DNA of 64,000 bases, from the NCBI GenBank assembly GCA_018333535.1, contig JAGXTA010000046.1, forward strand, positions 20,551 to 84,550, in the 5' to 3' direction. Each line of letters begins with the position of its first letter. Positions within the stretch are counted from its first letter, which is position 1. This stretch comes from Deltaproteobacteria bacterium (GTDB lineage Bacteria; Desulfobacterota; BSN033; UBA1163). The position numbers were made by a program, and so were the translations under genes. The notes under the pieces were generated by a model, which saw nothing but the letters and a program-made list of their open reading frames with translations, was not told the DNA's origin and did not search any database. Shown here in pieces: positions 54,826-64,000 of the stretch.

Positions 54826-55590
54826 ATGGATAATCAATTTTTATTGAGTCTAATCGTAGGAATTTGTGTCGGAGGGGTAGCCGGATTCTTAGGATCTCTG
54901 ATGTTAGGCAGAAGAATGGCCCTGGTGGCGGGCCCCCTTGGCCATTTGACCTTGCCGGGGATAGCTCTGGCTTTGATGTATGGTTTCGATGTTTCACTGG
55001 GCGCATTCCCATTTGTTATTTTTGGAATCGTTTTGATCTGGCTCTTTGAGATGAGAACAAAGCTGCCCATGGAGGCTTTAACAGCCGTCGTCTTCGCCTC
55101 AGGAGTGGCTATCGCTTTTTTGCTTTTGCCCATTAAGCAGGCAGAGGCAGTCCTGGTGGGCGATATTACAAAAGTGAGTTTTGCAGAAGCAGCCGTTTCG
55201 GTTATTTTAATCCTTCTTCTTTTCTTTGTGGTAAAGAAAATTTATTCCAAAATCGTCTTGATCAATATTTCTGAAGAGTTGGCCAAATCGGAGAAAATAG
55301 ACATCAGAAGATATAATCTCATTTATTTGGGTTCAATTGCTATCATTGTTGCCTTAGGAGTTAAAATGGTGGGTGGTCTTTTAACCGCAGCTTTGGTGGC
55401 GATTCCGGCTTCCGCTGCCAGAAACCTGAGTCGAAATTTGGCCCAATATGCCTTTGGGGCGATGATCATCGGGGGGCTATCTTCTTCCTTGGGGATTTTA
55501 ACTTTCAAACTTACAGGATTTCCAGCAGGGCCTTTGATCATTTTGGCGAGCACTTTAATCTTTTTGATTTCGATAATCTTCAAAAGATAA
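54826..55590 (+). CDS. Metal ABC transporter permease (ZnuB/MntB-like)
   Basis: 254-aa polytopic protein of the ZnuB family. Confidence 0.8.
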   Translation: MDNQFLLSLIVGICVGGVAGFLGSLMLGRRMALVAGPLGHLTLPGIALALMYGFDVSLGAFPFVIFGIVLIWLFEMRTKLPMEALTAVVFASGVAIAFLLLPIKQAEAVLVGDITKVSFAEAAVSVILILLLFFVVKKIYSKIVLINISEELAKSEKIDIRRYNLIYLGSIAIIVALGVKMVGGLLTAALVAIPASAARNLSRNLAQYAFGAMIIGGLSSSLGILTFKLTGFPAGPLIILASTLIFLISIIFKR

Positions 55591-55627
55591 ATAAGCGGCT
55601 GTGCGCTTGGAGAACGAAAGGACACCT

Positions 55628-56650
55628 ATGAAGAAGATTAGGATCGAAGATGCCGTGGGAATGATTCTCGGCCATGATGTGACCCAGATTATCCCGGGAC
55701 AATACAAGGGACCCCGCTTCAGACGAGGGCACCTGATCAAGGAAGGAGACATTCCTGAATTTATAAAAATCGGCAAGGAACATGTATATGTAATGGAATT
55801 AAAAGCCGGGGTCATTCATGAGGATGAGGCCGCGCTTCGGTTAGGAAGGGCATTCTCTGGAGAAAATATTGACTTGACCGGGCCATCCGAAGGTAAGGTA
55901 ACGTTCCTATCAAAAATAAGCGGAATATTAAAGGTAAACTTATCCTTACTTCACCGTATCAACCTCTCAGGTAATATCATCCTTTCTACCCTTCACCGGC
56001 ATACTCCCTGCTCCCAAAGGATGGCAGTTGGGGCAACCCGAATTATATCTCTCACTGCTCCGGAAAGGCAGATTGAAAAAATAGAAAACTGGCGTGATAA
56101 ATATGGGCCGGTCGTCGAAATTCTTCCTTATCGGACGCTGAATGTCGGTGTGGTGGTAACGGGAAATGAATTCTTTCACGGAAGAACCGAGGACCGATTT
56201 GATGATAGGGTGGGGAAAAAGATTTTAAATTTTGGATCGCAGGTGGTGAAGAAGCAGATCGTTCCAGATGATATTCAACAAATCTCTAAAGCTTTATTAG
56301 AGTTTCAAGATGCCAATATTGACCTCATCTTGATCACAGGAGGGCTTTCTGTTGATCCTGATGATGTCACACGAGCAGGAATCAAAAAGTCTGGCGCCAA
56401 GATCATATTTTATGGTACTCCCGTTCTTCCCGGAGCAATGTTTCTCTATGGGATGCTCGATGGGAAACCAATTCTGGGCCTTCCAGCCTGCGTATTCTAT
56501 CATAAAGCAACTCTTTTTGACGTGATCTTCCAGAGAATTCTGGCGGGTGAAGTGCTCAGCAGGAGAGAAATTAGTCTTCTTGGCCACGGAGGCTTTTGCC
56601 AAGGCTGTGATCCATGTCATTTCCCAGTGTGTCCTTTTGGGAAGGGATAG
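55628..56650 (+). CDS. Molybdopterin-binding (MoCF-biosynthesis) domain protein with a C-terminal Cys cluster
   Basis: LITGGLSVDPDDVT motif. C-terminal GHGGFCQGCDPCHFPVCPFG. Confidence 0.55.
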   Translation: MKKIRIEDAVGMILGHDVTQIIPGQYKGPRFRRGHLIKEGDIPEFIKIGKEHVYVMELKAGVIHEDEAALRLGRAFSGENIDLTGPSEGKVTFLSKISGILKVNLSLLHRINLSGNIILSTLHRHTPCSQRMAVGATRIISLTAPERQIEKIENWRDKYGPVVEILPYRTLNVGVVVTGNEFFHGRTEDRFDDRVGKKILNFGSQVVKKQIVPDDIQQISKALLEFQDANIDLILITGGLSVDPDDVTRAGIKKSGAKIIFYGTPVLPGAMFLYGMLDGKPILGLPACVFYHKATLFDVIFQRILAGEVLSRREISLLGHGGFCQGCDPCHFPVCPFGKG

Positions 56651-56678
56651 ATTCAATTTACGGAAAGGAGGAGTTGCG

Positions 56679-57455
56679 ATGGCTTTTGAAACGATTCTTC
56701 TCGAAAAGAAAGAGCAGGTAGGTCTCATTACACTTAACCGTCCACAAAAGTTCAATACTTTTAGCACACAAATGGCCGAAGAATTAAATGCTACCTTGCG
56801 CCAATTGGATGAAGACACCGAGGTCCGAGTTGTCATCATCAAAGGAGCTGGCAAAGCCTTTTCAACAGGGATTGATGTTAGTGAATTTCACGGAAAGACA
56901 CCTTCCGAGTACCATCGATGGCTTACCCTCATGGATCAGATGCACTTCACCATCGCTTCCATAGGAAAACCCGTGATCGCCATGGTTCATGGATATGCGG
57001 TTGCTAACGGCGCCGGATTGGTGGCGGCTGCGGATTTTGCTATTGTGGCTGAAGGGACTCAAATCGGAACCACAGCGATTAATGTAGGATTGCTATGTAC
57101 CGGACCAATCATCCCCATGAGTTATGGCCTTGGCAAGAAGAAAACCCTGGAGATGCTCTTAAGCGGTGACATGATTGATGCCAGAGAGGCAGAGCGATTA
57201 GGTCTGGTGAATAAGGTCGTGCCAGCAGAAAAACTTGAAGAGGAAACTTTTGCCTTTGCCCAAAAGCTTATTGCAAAAAGTCCTGTGGCAATCGAAATAG
57301 GGAAAAAATTCTACTATCAGATGATCGATATGCCTTTCCGTCAAAGATTTGTGCTCAATAGCGAAATCATGGCCAGGTTGTGCATCACAGAGGATGCCCA
57401 AGAAGGTGTCAAGGCTTTTATTGAAAAACGGAAACCGGTATGGAAAGGGAAATAG
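56679..57455 (+). CDS. Enoyl-CoA hydratase/isomerase (crotonase family)
   Basis: RBS GGAAAGGAGG. ITLNRP...VIIKGAGKAFSTGIDV...MVHGYAVANG. Confidence 0.85.
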   Translation: MAFETILLEKKEQVGLITLNRPQKFNTFSTQMAEELNATLRQLDEDTEVRVVIIKGAGKAFSTGIDVSEFHGKTPSEYHRWLTLMDQMHFTIASIGKPVIAMVHGYAVANGAGLVAAADFAIVAEGTQIGTTAINVGLLCTGPIIPMSYGLGKKKTLEMLLSGDMIDAREAERLGLVNKVVPAEKLEEETFAFAQKLIAKSPVAIEIGKKFYYQMIDMPFRQRFVLNSEIMARLCITEDAQEGVKAFIEKRKPVWKGK

Positions 57456-57508
57456 GCTGTGTAAGAGTATCCCATTTCCCACTTTACGGGAATTGAAGAA
57501 AGGCAAAT

Positions 57509-58894
57509 ATGAAAAAAGGATATCAGGTTGCCATTGTCGGATCAGGGCCATCGGCCCTCTTTGCTGCCCTCACCTTAATGAAGGTGGGTGTGAGGGACAT
57601 CGCCATCTTTGAAAAGGGAAAAGATATCCAGGAAAGAAAGAGAGGGCGAGGAATGGAACTCTTGTGCGGGTGGGGAGGAGCCGGTGCCTTCAGTGATGGG
57701 AAACTTACACTCTCAACAAAGGTGGGTGGTTTCTTAAACGACTTCATCCCCCAAACCGAATTGACAAACCTTCTCAAAAAGGCTGATGAGACTTATCTTT
57801 CCTTTGGCGCTCCAAAGAAAATCCATGGCCAATCCTCTGATAAAACCGAAGCCCTCTATCAGGAGGCAAAACTTGCAGGATTGGAATTCATTCCCATGGA
57901 GATTAGACATCTGGGAACAGAAAATTGTGCGCCCCTTCTCGAAGAGATTCGAGGGGCCATGAGAGACAACGTGGATATTTTCTTCGAAACCCCCGTGAAA
58001 GAAATCCTTGTAGATGGAGGGAAAATCACAGGTGTTCTCCTTCAGAATGGAAGTCGAGCCGAAGCCCAATATGTGATCTGTGGTCCTGGACGGGTTGGAG
58101 CGGAATGGATCAAGAAGGAAGTAGAGCGTCTCGGAATCCCGTCCGTTCCAAGTCCAGTGGATATTGGGCTCCGTGTGGAAGCCCCTGCCTCTATTCTTCT
58201 GAAACTCACCGATATCGCCTATGAAGCAAAATTCATTTACTATTCCAAAACATTTGATGATAGAGTTCGAACTTTCTGTATGAATCCTTATGGAGAGGTG
58301 GTCACGGAAACGATCGATGAGATTGTTACAGTGAATGGACATAGTTATGCTAAAAGGAAAACAGAGAATACTAACTTTGCCATCCTTGTCTCAAGCACCT
58401 TTACCGAGCCCTTCAAGGATCCCATCGGTTATGGGAGGTATATTGCAAGGCTGGCCAATCTCCTGGGTAATGGCGTGATCATCCAAAGACTGGGAGATCT
58501 CCTTGATGGCAGACGCTCCACACCTGAGCGCATCAATCGGTGTATTACGCAACCCACCCTTCCTTCGGCCACTCCGGGCGATCTCAGCTTTGTTCTGCCC
58601 TACCGACATCTGAAGAGCATTATCGAGATGCTGGAAGTCTTGGATCGAATAACGCCCGGCATCTATTCGAGACATACTCTCCTTTACGGCGTAGAGGTGA
58701 AATTCTATACCAATCGGTTGAAACTCTCCCCCACCTTAGAGACTGACATACAGAATTTTTTTCTAATCGGTGATGGGGCAGGTATTACGAGGGGACTCAT
58801 CCAAGCTTCCATCAGCGGGATGATCGCTGCCAATGAAATCTTAAGGAGAATGGGGAAACAAATTAAAGGAAAGGGAGGTAATTACTATGTATAA
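57509..58894 (+). CDS. FAD-dependent dehydrogenase (COG2509-like)
   Basis: N-terminal VAIVGSGPSALFAAL. Confidence 0.7.
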   Translation: MKKGYQVAIVGSGPSALFAALTLMKVGVRDIAIFEKGKDIQERKRGRGMELLCGWGGAGAFSDGKLTLSTKVGGFLNDFIPQTELTNLLKKADETYLSFGAPKKIHGQSSDKTEALYQEAKLAGLEFIPMEIRHLGTENCAPLLEEIRGAMRDNVDIFFETPVKEILVDGGKITGVLLQNGSRAEAQYVICGPGRVGAEWIKKEVERLGIPSVPSPVDIGLRVEAPASILLKLTDIAYEAKFIYYSKTFDDRVRTFCMNPYGEVVTETIDEIVTVNGHSYAKRKTENTNFAILVSSTFTEPFKDPIGYGRYIARLANLLGNGVIIQRLGDLLDGRRSTPERINRCITQPTLPSATPGDLSFVLPYRHLKSIIEMLEVLDRITPGIYSRHTLLYGVEVKFYTNRLKLSPTLETDIQNFFLIGDGAGITRGLIQASISGMIAANEILRRMGKQIKGKGGNYYV

Positions 58895-60059
58895 TTTTCA
58901 ACTTTCAGAAGAGAGGCACCAATTTCAAGAGATGGCAAGGAAATTTGCCGAGAAAGAGATAAAACCTCTAAATGACAAGTTTGAGGACGACTGGGAAACC
59001 CACAGATATATGACCCAGGTATTAAAGAAGGCTGCAGAATTGGGTTTCATGGGGTTAACGATCGATCCTAAGTATGGAGGTATAGGGTCGGACGGAATGA
59101 CGACCATGGCAGTCCTGGAAGAGCTTGCTGCCGTCAATGGGGGTGTAGCGACTGTGATCGGAGATACATGGTTTGCCCAGACGCCGATCATCATTGCTGC
59201 CAATGAGGAACAGAGAGAGCGTTTTCTCAGACCTTTAGCCTCTCGAGAAGAGGTCAATCTTGGGTGCATCTGTATGACAGAACCGGATTCCGGTTCAGAT
59301 ATTGAAGACGAGCGGATGCGTTTCAGGACCGTGAAGACCATTCTTAAAGAGGATGGAGAGCATTATATCCTGAATGGTCTCAAGGCATGGCCCAGCAATG
59401 CGGGGATTGCCTCTCACTATATCGTGGTGGCCACAACGGACCCGAAAATGGAGGAGAAAGGCTCCGGCATCCTTGTTGTAGAAAAGGATAGACCTGGTCT
59501 CTCGTTTGGCAAGATTGAAAGAAAGATGGGAATGGCAGAAGATCAGAATCGCGAGGTGGTATTCGAAAATGTCCGTGTTCCAAAGAGCAATCTACTCGGG
59601 AAGATAGGAGATGGCCTTAGAATCCTCCAAACGACGGTGGCTTATAATAGGTTGGGGGCTGGAATGATTTCCGTTGGGATGGCCAGGGGTGCCTTTGAAT
59701 ATGCCTTACAATATTGCAAGAATCGAGTCGTAGGGGGAAAAGTTCTCGTCAAACACAGTCTAATTTCTGCGATGTTCGCAGATATGGCCACAAAGATTGA
59801 TGCAGCAAGACTGCTTGTATATAGAGCATCATGGGCCCTTAAAAGGAAAGATCCAAATAGAGCAAGGTATTCCAATATGGCAAAGGTCTTTGCCACAAAT
59901 ATGGCAATGGAAGTTACATCCAATTGCGTCCAGGTCATGGGATCCTATGGATACTCAAAAGAATACCCCGTGGAAAAGTATATGAGGGATGCAAAAATAG
60001 TACAGATCTATCTTGGCCCGAATGAGATGGTGCAGCAACTCATTGGAGAAAATCTATAA
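58887..60059 (+). CDS. Acyl-CoA dehydrogenase
   Basis: 390 aa with the ACAD N, middle and C domains. Confidence 0.85.
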   Translation: MYNFQLSEERHQFQEMARKFAEKEIKPLNDKFEDDWETHRYMTQVLKKAAELGFMGLTIDPKYGGIGSDGMTTMAVLEELAAVNGGVATVIGDTWFAQTPIIIAANEEQRERFLRPLASREEVNLGCICMTEPDSGSDIEDERMRFRTVKTILKEDGEHYILNGLKAWPSNAGIASHYIVVATTDPKMEEKGSGILVVEKDRPGLSFGKIERKMGMAEDQNREVVFENVRVPKSNLLGKIGDGLRILQTTVAYNRLGAGMISVGMARGAFEYALQYCKNRVVGGKVLVKHSLISAMFADMATKIDAARLLVYRASWALKRKDPNRARYSNMAKVFATNMAMEVTSNCVQVMGSYGYSKEYPVEKYMRDAKIVQIYLGPNEMVQQLIGENL

Positions 60060-60329
60060 AAGGAAAATGGATCTAGTAGTGGGGTGTTTGAGAATTTAAC
60101 TTTGAAGGAACATTCATATGGATGGCTTAACTTAGTGCTTCGATTCGCAAATACTATCACGTATCCTCATGCTGCGAATTGAAATAATTGCTCACTCAGC
60201 ACTAAGTCCTGAGTAAATAAATACGTTACCGAATTTATGAATCGATGGACTTAGTTTTACACTTCGAAGAAAGGAGGGGTGGGAAAGAAGAGATCGAAGT
60301 AATGGATCGGTACCAACAAAGGATCGATG

Positions 60330-60554
60330 TTACTGAGGATGATTCCTTGAGGAAAATTCTTGAACATAATCGGGATGAAGAGAAGGAACCGACGCCTTGA
60401 ATGGATACCGAAGACCTGTGAACTGGTTTCCTTCAATCTGACCCACAGGAATGTTAAGGTCGATTTTAACCGCCTCACGAACAGGAACACCCGCACATCC
60501 CACCAGAAGTACGAACATTATATGGAAAAGCCATGGACCCAACACCTTTTTCAT
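60330..60554 (-). CDS. Small lipoprotein (74 aa) translationally coupled to znuB
   Basis: The ATG overlaps the znuB TGA as ATGA. MKKVLGPWLFHIMFVLLVGC has a lipobox. Confidence 0.5.
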   Translation of the reverse strand: MKKVLGPWLFHIMFVLLVGCAGVPVREAVKIDLNIPVGQIEGNQFTGLRYPFKASVPSLHPDYVQEFSSRNHPQ

Positions 60555-61378
60555 AAAAGCCTCCTTTTCTTGATATTGTATCTTCTGTGGGCAAACACCA
60601 ACATAAAGATAAAAAAATTGAACAGAACGATCGTTGCACCCGTAGGCAAATTCAACCAAAAAGAAATAAATATCCCTCCGATGACTGACAGAACACCCAC
60701 CAGAGAAGAGATAAGGAGGGAGGCCTTGAAGCCTTTTGAAACCTGTAATGAGGTGACTGCGGGTAGAATCAGAAGGGCAGAGGTCAACAGGATTCCCACG
60801 GCCTTCATCGTTAAGACCACTGTCACGGCGGTCAGAAGGAACAGGAGCGTATTAATCCTCCGTGTCTTGACTCCCGCTGCCTTTGCCGATTCTTCATCGA
60901 AAGTGACGGATAGAAGGTCATGGTAGAAAAAGATAATGACCAAAAACACGACCCCGGAAAGAAGGATCGAGAGGATCATTTCTTCCCGGCTGATCGCCAG
61001 GATATTTCCAAAGAGATAACTGAAGAGATCAATGTTAAAACCGCCTGCCAGACTTGCCAAAAGGATGCCTATGGCAATTCCGAGAGACGACACGATCCCG
61101 ATGGCCGCATCGCCGTGTAGTTTTGCCTTCTCAATCAGTCTCAGGATCCCTAAAGCGCTTATCATCACCACGGGAATGGATACATAAAGGGCAAAGGTTT
61201 TGAAAAACAGCGCCACTGCCACGCTCCCAAAGGTAACATGGGCCAGACCATCGCCGATCAGGGAAAGGCGTCTCAAGACCAAAAAGAAGCCGAGGAAAGA
61301 GCACAAGAGGGCGATAAAAAACCCCGTAATCAGAGCCCTCTGGATAAACCCGTAACTCAAGAAATCGATCATCTCCAT
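60551..61378 (-). CDS. znuB: Zinc/metal ABC transporter permease
   Basis: ZnuB-family polytopic protein. Operon with znuC and znuA. Confidence 0.85.
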   Translation of the reverse strand: MEMIDFLSYGFIQRALITGFFIALLCSFLGFFLVLRRLSLIGDGLAHVTFGSVAVALFFKTFALYVSIPVVMISALGILRLIEKAKLHGDAAIGIVSSLGIAIGILLASLAGGFNIDLFSYLFGNILAISREEMILSILLSGVVFLVIIFFYHDLLSVTFDEESAKAAGVKTRRINTLLFLLTAVTVVLTMKAVGILLTSALLILPAVTSLQVSKGFKASLLISSLVGVLSVIGGIFISFWLNLPTGATIVLFNFFIFMLVFAHRRYNIKKRRLL

Positions 61379-61381
61379 ACG

Positions 61382-62137
61382 TTATTCATGCCTGTGACAG
61401 ATGAGATGCTGAGAGAGACTTCCAAAAAGACTGGACATATCCGTTGAACGACAGAATTCTTCGAAGGTCCCGTAAAAGATGACCCTCTTATCGAGGTACA
61501 TCATCTTGGAGGCATACTTTCCAATACTCCCCATGTCATGGGTCACCAGGATAATCGTGGTTCGCTTCTGATGATTGAGATTCTCCAGGAGATTGAAAAA
61601 TCGTTCCCTCGTCTCCGGGTCGACCGCCGCGGTCGGTTCGTCAAGGATCAGAAGATCAGGTTCGTTAACAATCGTCCTTGCGATGAAGACCCGCTGCTGT
61701 TGCCCTCCGGAAAGCTCGTGAATCAGTTTGTCTTTGATATCGACGATATCCATGCATTCCAAAGCCTTCTCGATAGCCATTTCATCGGAGGACCCCATCC
61801 GTTTTGGAAATCGCTTTTTCGAGAGGAGCCCCATGGAAACAATCTCTTTCACGGTTGCCGGAAAATGATGATAGGAAGCCATGAACCTCTGGGAGAGATA
61901 ACCAACTTTGTACCATTCGCGGAAATCCAAGGAGCTCCTCCCAAATAGGGATACCGTTCCTGCGGATGGCATTAGAAGACCAAGGAGGATTCGGATCAAC
62001 GTTGTTTTGCCGGAACCATTCGGCCCAACAAGACCGATATAGTCTCCGGGCGTGACATCAAAGGATACTTCAGCCAATACCTCTGCCGAGTTATATTGAA
62101 AAGAAAGTTCTCGCACTGAAATGATAGTTACTGACAT
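61382..62137 (-). CDS. znuC: Zinc/metal ABC transporter ATP-binding protein
   Basis: GPNGSGKTT, LSGGQQQRVFIA, LILDEP. Confidence 0.9.
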   Translation of the reverse strand: MSVTIISVRELSFQYNSAEVLAEVSFDVTPGDYIGLVGPNGSGKTTLIRILLGLLMPSAGTVSLFGRSSLDFREWYKVGYLSQRFMASYHHFPATVKEIVSMGLLSKKRFPKRMGSSDEMAIEKALECMDIVDIKDKLIHELSGGQQQRVFIARTIVNEPDLLILDEPTAAVDPETRERFFNLLENLNHQKRTTIILVTHDMGSIGKYASKMMYLDKRVIFYGTFEEFCRSTDMSSLFGSLSQHLICHRHE

Positions 62138-63153
62138 TGAAGTCCAGCCTCAAGATTCTTGCGGTTTTCCTCCATCAATGAGATAAAAGTGACCCCCTTC
62201 TCAAATTCATCTTTGGTCAGATTATGGGCCCCATGGAGCATTAAAAGGGTTGCCCCAGTTTCTTTAGAGAGTGTCTCTGCCACTCTCGGTGTGATCAACT
62301 CCTCATAGTAGATGTGTTTGAGGCCGTGCTTCTTCATGGTCTTCGTTAATTCGATCAGTCTTTTTGGAGACGGCTCCGCATCGGGAGAGAAACCATAGGC
62401 AGCGACGTATTGCAAACCATATCTTCTGGCCAGATATCCAAAGGCGAAGTGCCCGGCATGGATGAATATCTTCTTTTTACAACGGGATAGCGTTTCTTTG
62501 AATTTCTGGTCAAGATCGTTCAACTTCGATTTGTATTGCTCTGCATTCTTGGAATAGAGTTCCTTGTTGGTGGGATCCTTCTTGACAAGACCTTCCAGGA
62601 TATGGTCTACCATCTTCTGGGCATTTGCAAAATTAAGCCAAATATGGGGATCCATTTCATGATCATGCTTGTGCCCTTTTTCATGACTGTGCCTATGTTC
62701 CTTTTCGTGTACTTCCTTCTTCTTTTCATGGTCATGACCGTGCTTCCCCTTTTCTCCCATCAAGGAAATATCCTTGGAAGAATCGACCACGATGAGACTC
62801 TTATTATCTAACCCTTTCAGAATATCGGCCGCCCAGGGTTCCATGAATGGACCCGTATAGATAAAAAGATCCGCTTTGTTGATCCGAACGATGTCATCCG
62901 GCTTCGGCTCAAAGCTGTGAGGCTCAACGCCGGGCGGCAACAAAAGAACAGCATCGACCTTGTCCTGACTTATATTTTTGACAAAGTCATAGAGAGGGAA
63001 AAGGGTTGTGATGACTTGTATCTTTTGAACTTTCTCTACCTTTTGTTCCTTCTTTTGGCAAGATGTAAATGCGAACGCAGCGATCAAAATCAAGGTGAGT
63101 ATAAAAATCCATTTTTGCCGGCGGATAGACATTTTTATAACCTCCTTCTTCAC
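62128..63153 (-). CDS. znuA: Zinc ABC transporter substrate-binding protein with a His-rich loop
   Basis: Lipoprotein signal. HGHDHEKKKEVHEKEHRHSHEKGHKHDHEMDPH is the His-rich loop typical of ZnuA. Confidence 0.85.
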   Translation of the reverse strand: MKKEVIKMSIRRQKWIFILTLILIAAFAFTSCQKKEQKVEKVQKIQVITTLFPLYDFVKNISQDKVDAVLLLPPGVEPHSFEPKPDDIVRINKADLFIYTGPFMEPWAADILKGLDNKSLIVVDSSKDISLMGEKGKHGHDHEKKKEVHEKEHRHSHEKGHKHDHEMDPHIWLNFANAQKMVDHILEGLVKKDPTNKELYSKNAEQYKSKLNDLDQKFKETLSRCKKKIFIHAGHFAFGYLARRYGLQYVAAYGFSPDAEPSPKRLIELTKTMKKHGLKHIYYEELITPRVAETLSKETGATLLMLHGAHNLTKDEFEKGVTFISLMEENRKNLEAGLQCQ

Positions 63154-63502
63154 ATCGGTGAGACAAAAGAGATGGAATCGAACCTGACGTGATACTGTTC
63201 TTTTATGGATAGAAAGTTAGAAGGTTATGCAGGCGGAGCCCGAATGAGGAATTGACCGTGGAAAGTTGAAGGGAATATGAAACGACTCTCCAAAAAAATA
63301 GGAAGATTACAATGAGAGAGTAAAACCGGTTGATCATCCTGAAGAACGATATCTGAATGATGGGCGATGTAAACACAGAGAAGACAGGTGTCATGTACCT
63401 GGCCGTTCTCATGATGGTGAAAGACTGAGACAAGAACAACGAGAAAGAATGCAACCAATAAAACGGAAGCGAACTTTCTGAATATGGAGCCGGGCAACAG
63501 TA

Positions 63503-63940
63503 TCACTGGCAATCCCCACAAAGGCCGTAGAATTCAAGCAGATGATCCAAGACCTTGAAATCCTTTCGCTGAGAGATCTCGTTCTCCTGGCTCAACAAGG
63601 GTTTTTTGAATACCATGGGTTCCACCTTGTTACAGCGAACACAAATGAGATGATGATGATGTACGTCCTGGCAAACCTTGTATCCCCTTTTACTCCCCCC
63701 GACAGGTATCTCGCAAATCATCTTTTTTCCTTTTAAGAAAATGACTTCTCTATAAATGGTGGTTCTATCTGCCCTAATATTATTCCTCGTGAGATTCTCC
63801 TTGATCTCAGAAAGGGAGACAGGGGCTTGACTATTTGCAAGCAAATCAACGATAAATTGCCGGACTTTCGTGAGGCGGTACCCTTGGATCTTGAGTTTTC
63901 TTAGAAGTGGATTCTGTTGAATTTGATCTGAGTGGGTCAT
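63503..63940 (-). CDS. zur: Fur-family regulator (Zur-like by context)
   Basis: Fur fold with HHHLICVRC...CGDCQ. Lies upstream of znuACB. Confidence 0.8.
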   Translation of the reverse strand: MTHSDQIQQNPLLRKLKIQGYRLTKVRQFIVDLLANSQAPVSLSEIKENLTRNNIRADRTTIYREVIFLKGKKMICEIPVGGSKRGYKVCQDVHHHHLICVRCNKVEPMVFKKPLLSQENEISQRKDFKVLDHLLEFYGLCGDCQ

Positions 63941-63953
63941 AAAAAATATTAAC

Positions 63954-63966
63954 GCAACATTGTTGC
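63954..63966. promoter_or_regulatory. Palindrome GCAACA-T-TGTTGC upstream of zur (candidate Fur/Zur-type operator)
   Basis: 13-bp perfect palindrome 14 nt upstream of the zur start, followed by TTGTCA...TATGAT-like promoter elements. Confidence 0.35.
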
Positions 63967-64000
63967 ATTTGTCAAGTATGATGTTAGACCCAAATCCCTA

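Noticed and set aside
60360-60926. 188-aa plus-strand ORF opposite znuB and the small lipoprotein
   Set aside because: It lies antisense to a well-supported permease gene and has no recognisable motif.

Overview
This 64 kb window is a gene-dense chromosomal segment from what looks like an anaerobic, selenium-using bacterium (about 47-48% GC). It contains a sigma-54 activator, NifX/NifB-like Fe-S genes and no obvious aerobic markers. The layout from left to right is as follows. Coordinates 1-6300 hold housekeeping redox genes: polyprenyl synthase (5'-truncated), trxA, a TlpA-like redoxin, a MinD/ParA ATPase with an HTH partner, an AmmeMemoRadiSam-type radical SAM enzyme and nicotinate phosphoribosyltransferase. 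Coordinates 6487-10384 hold a minus-strand operon of a transglutaminase-like protein, an ABC ATPase and a large permease. Coordinates 10578-13846 hold a ModABC/WtpABC-like molybdate or tungstate transporter. Coordinates 13841-18650 hold an AT-rich accessory island that sits between the Mo-uptake genes and mobB-moeA. It carries a roughly 1.2 kb insertion with a 17-bp duplicated target and inverted structured repeats, a tandem-repeat coiled-coil gene, gene remnants, an unknown 236-aa protein and a hicAB toxin-antitoxin pair flanked by about 225-bp direct repeats. Coordinates 18606-20582 hold mobB and moeA. Coordinates 20751-31205 hold a large uncharacterised metallocluster neighbourhood: DUF134, a NifX-like gene split by an IS200/IS605 insertion, a PAS sigma-54 activator, a sigma-54 promoter, a NifB/NifX-like gene, Mrp/NBP35, two more NifX-like genes, three DUF5320 paralogs, a thioesterase, DUF1858, a radical SAM enzyme, two MinD-type ATPases with 4Fe-4S inserts and a NifU-like scaffold. 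tRNA-Lys(UUU) lies at 31905-31977. Coordinates 33132-41341 hold a peroxide and selenium redox island. Two paralogous peroxiredoxins and an NADH-oxidase/CoA-disulfide-reductase-family flavoprotein each carry an in-frame UGA exactly at the catalytic Cys codon, which suggests selenocysteine, and each has a hairpin just downstream. A PerR-like Fur regulator, an ABC-2 exporter, a 46-aa Cys-rich peptide, a Tat-secreted MBL-fold hydrolase and a secreted seven-repeat propeller-like protein are also there. After that come assorted metabolic genes (MOSC, HAD, LplA-family, methyltransferases, GalT-like, an FAD-oxidoreductase trio with DUF1667, two GlcG-like genes), feoAB, a metal ABC pair, beta-oxidation-type enzymes and a minus-strand zur-znuACB locus with a coupled small lipoprotein. 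Several dispersed intergenic repeat families are visible: ATCAGG/CCTGAT arrays, G-rich GGGAGAGGGCGAGGG and CCTGCC...GGCAGG palindromes, and TTCGAAT repeats.
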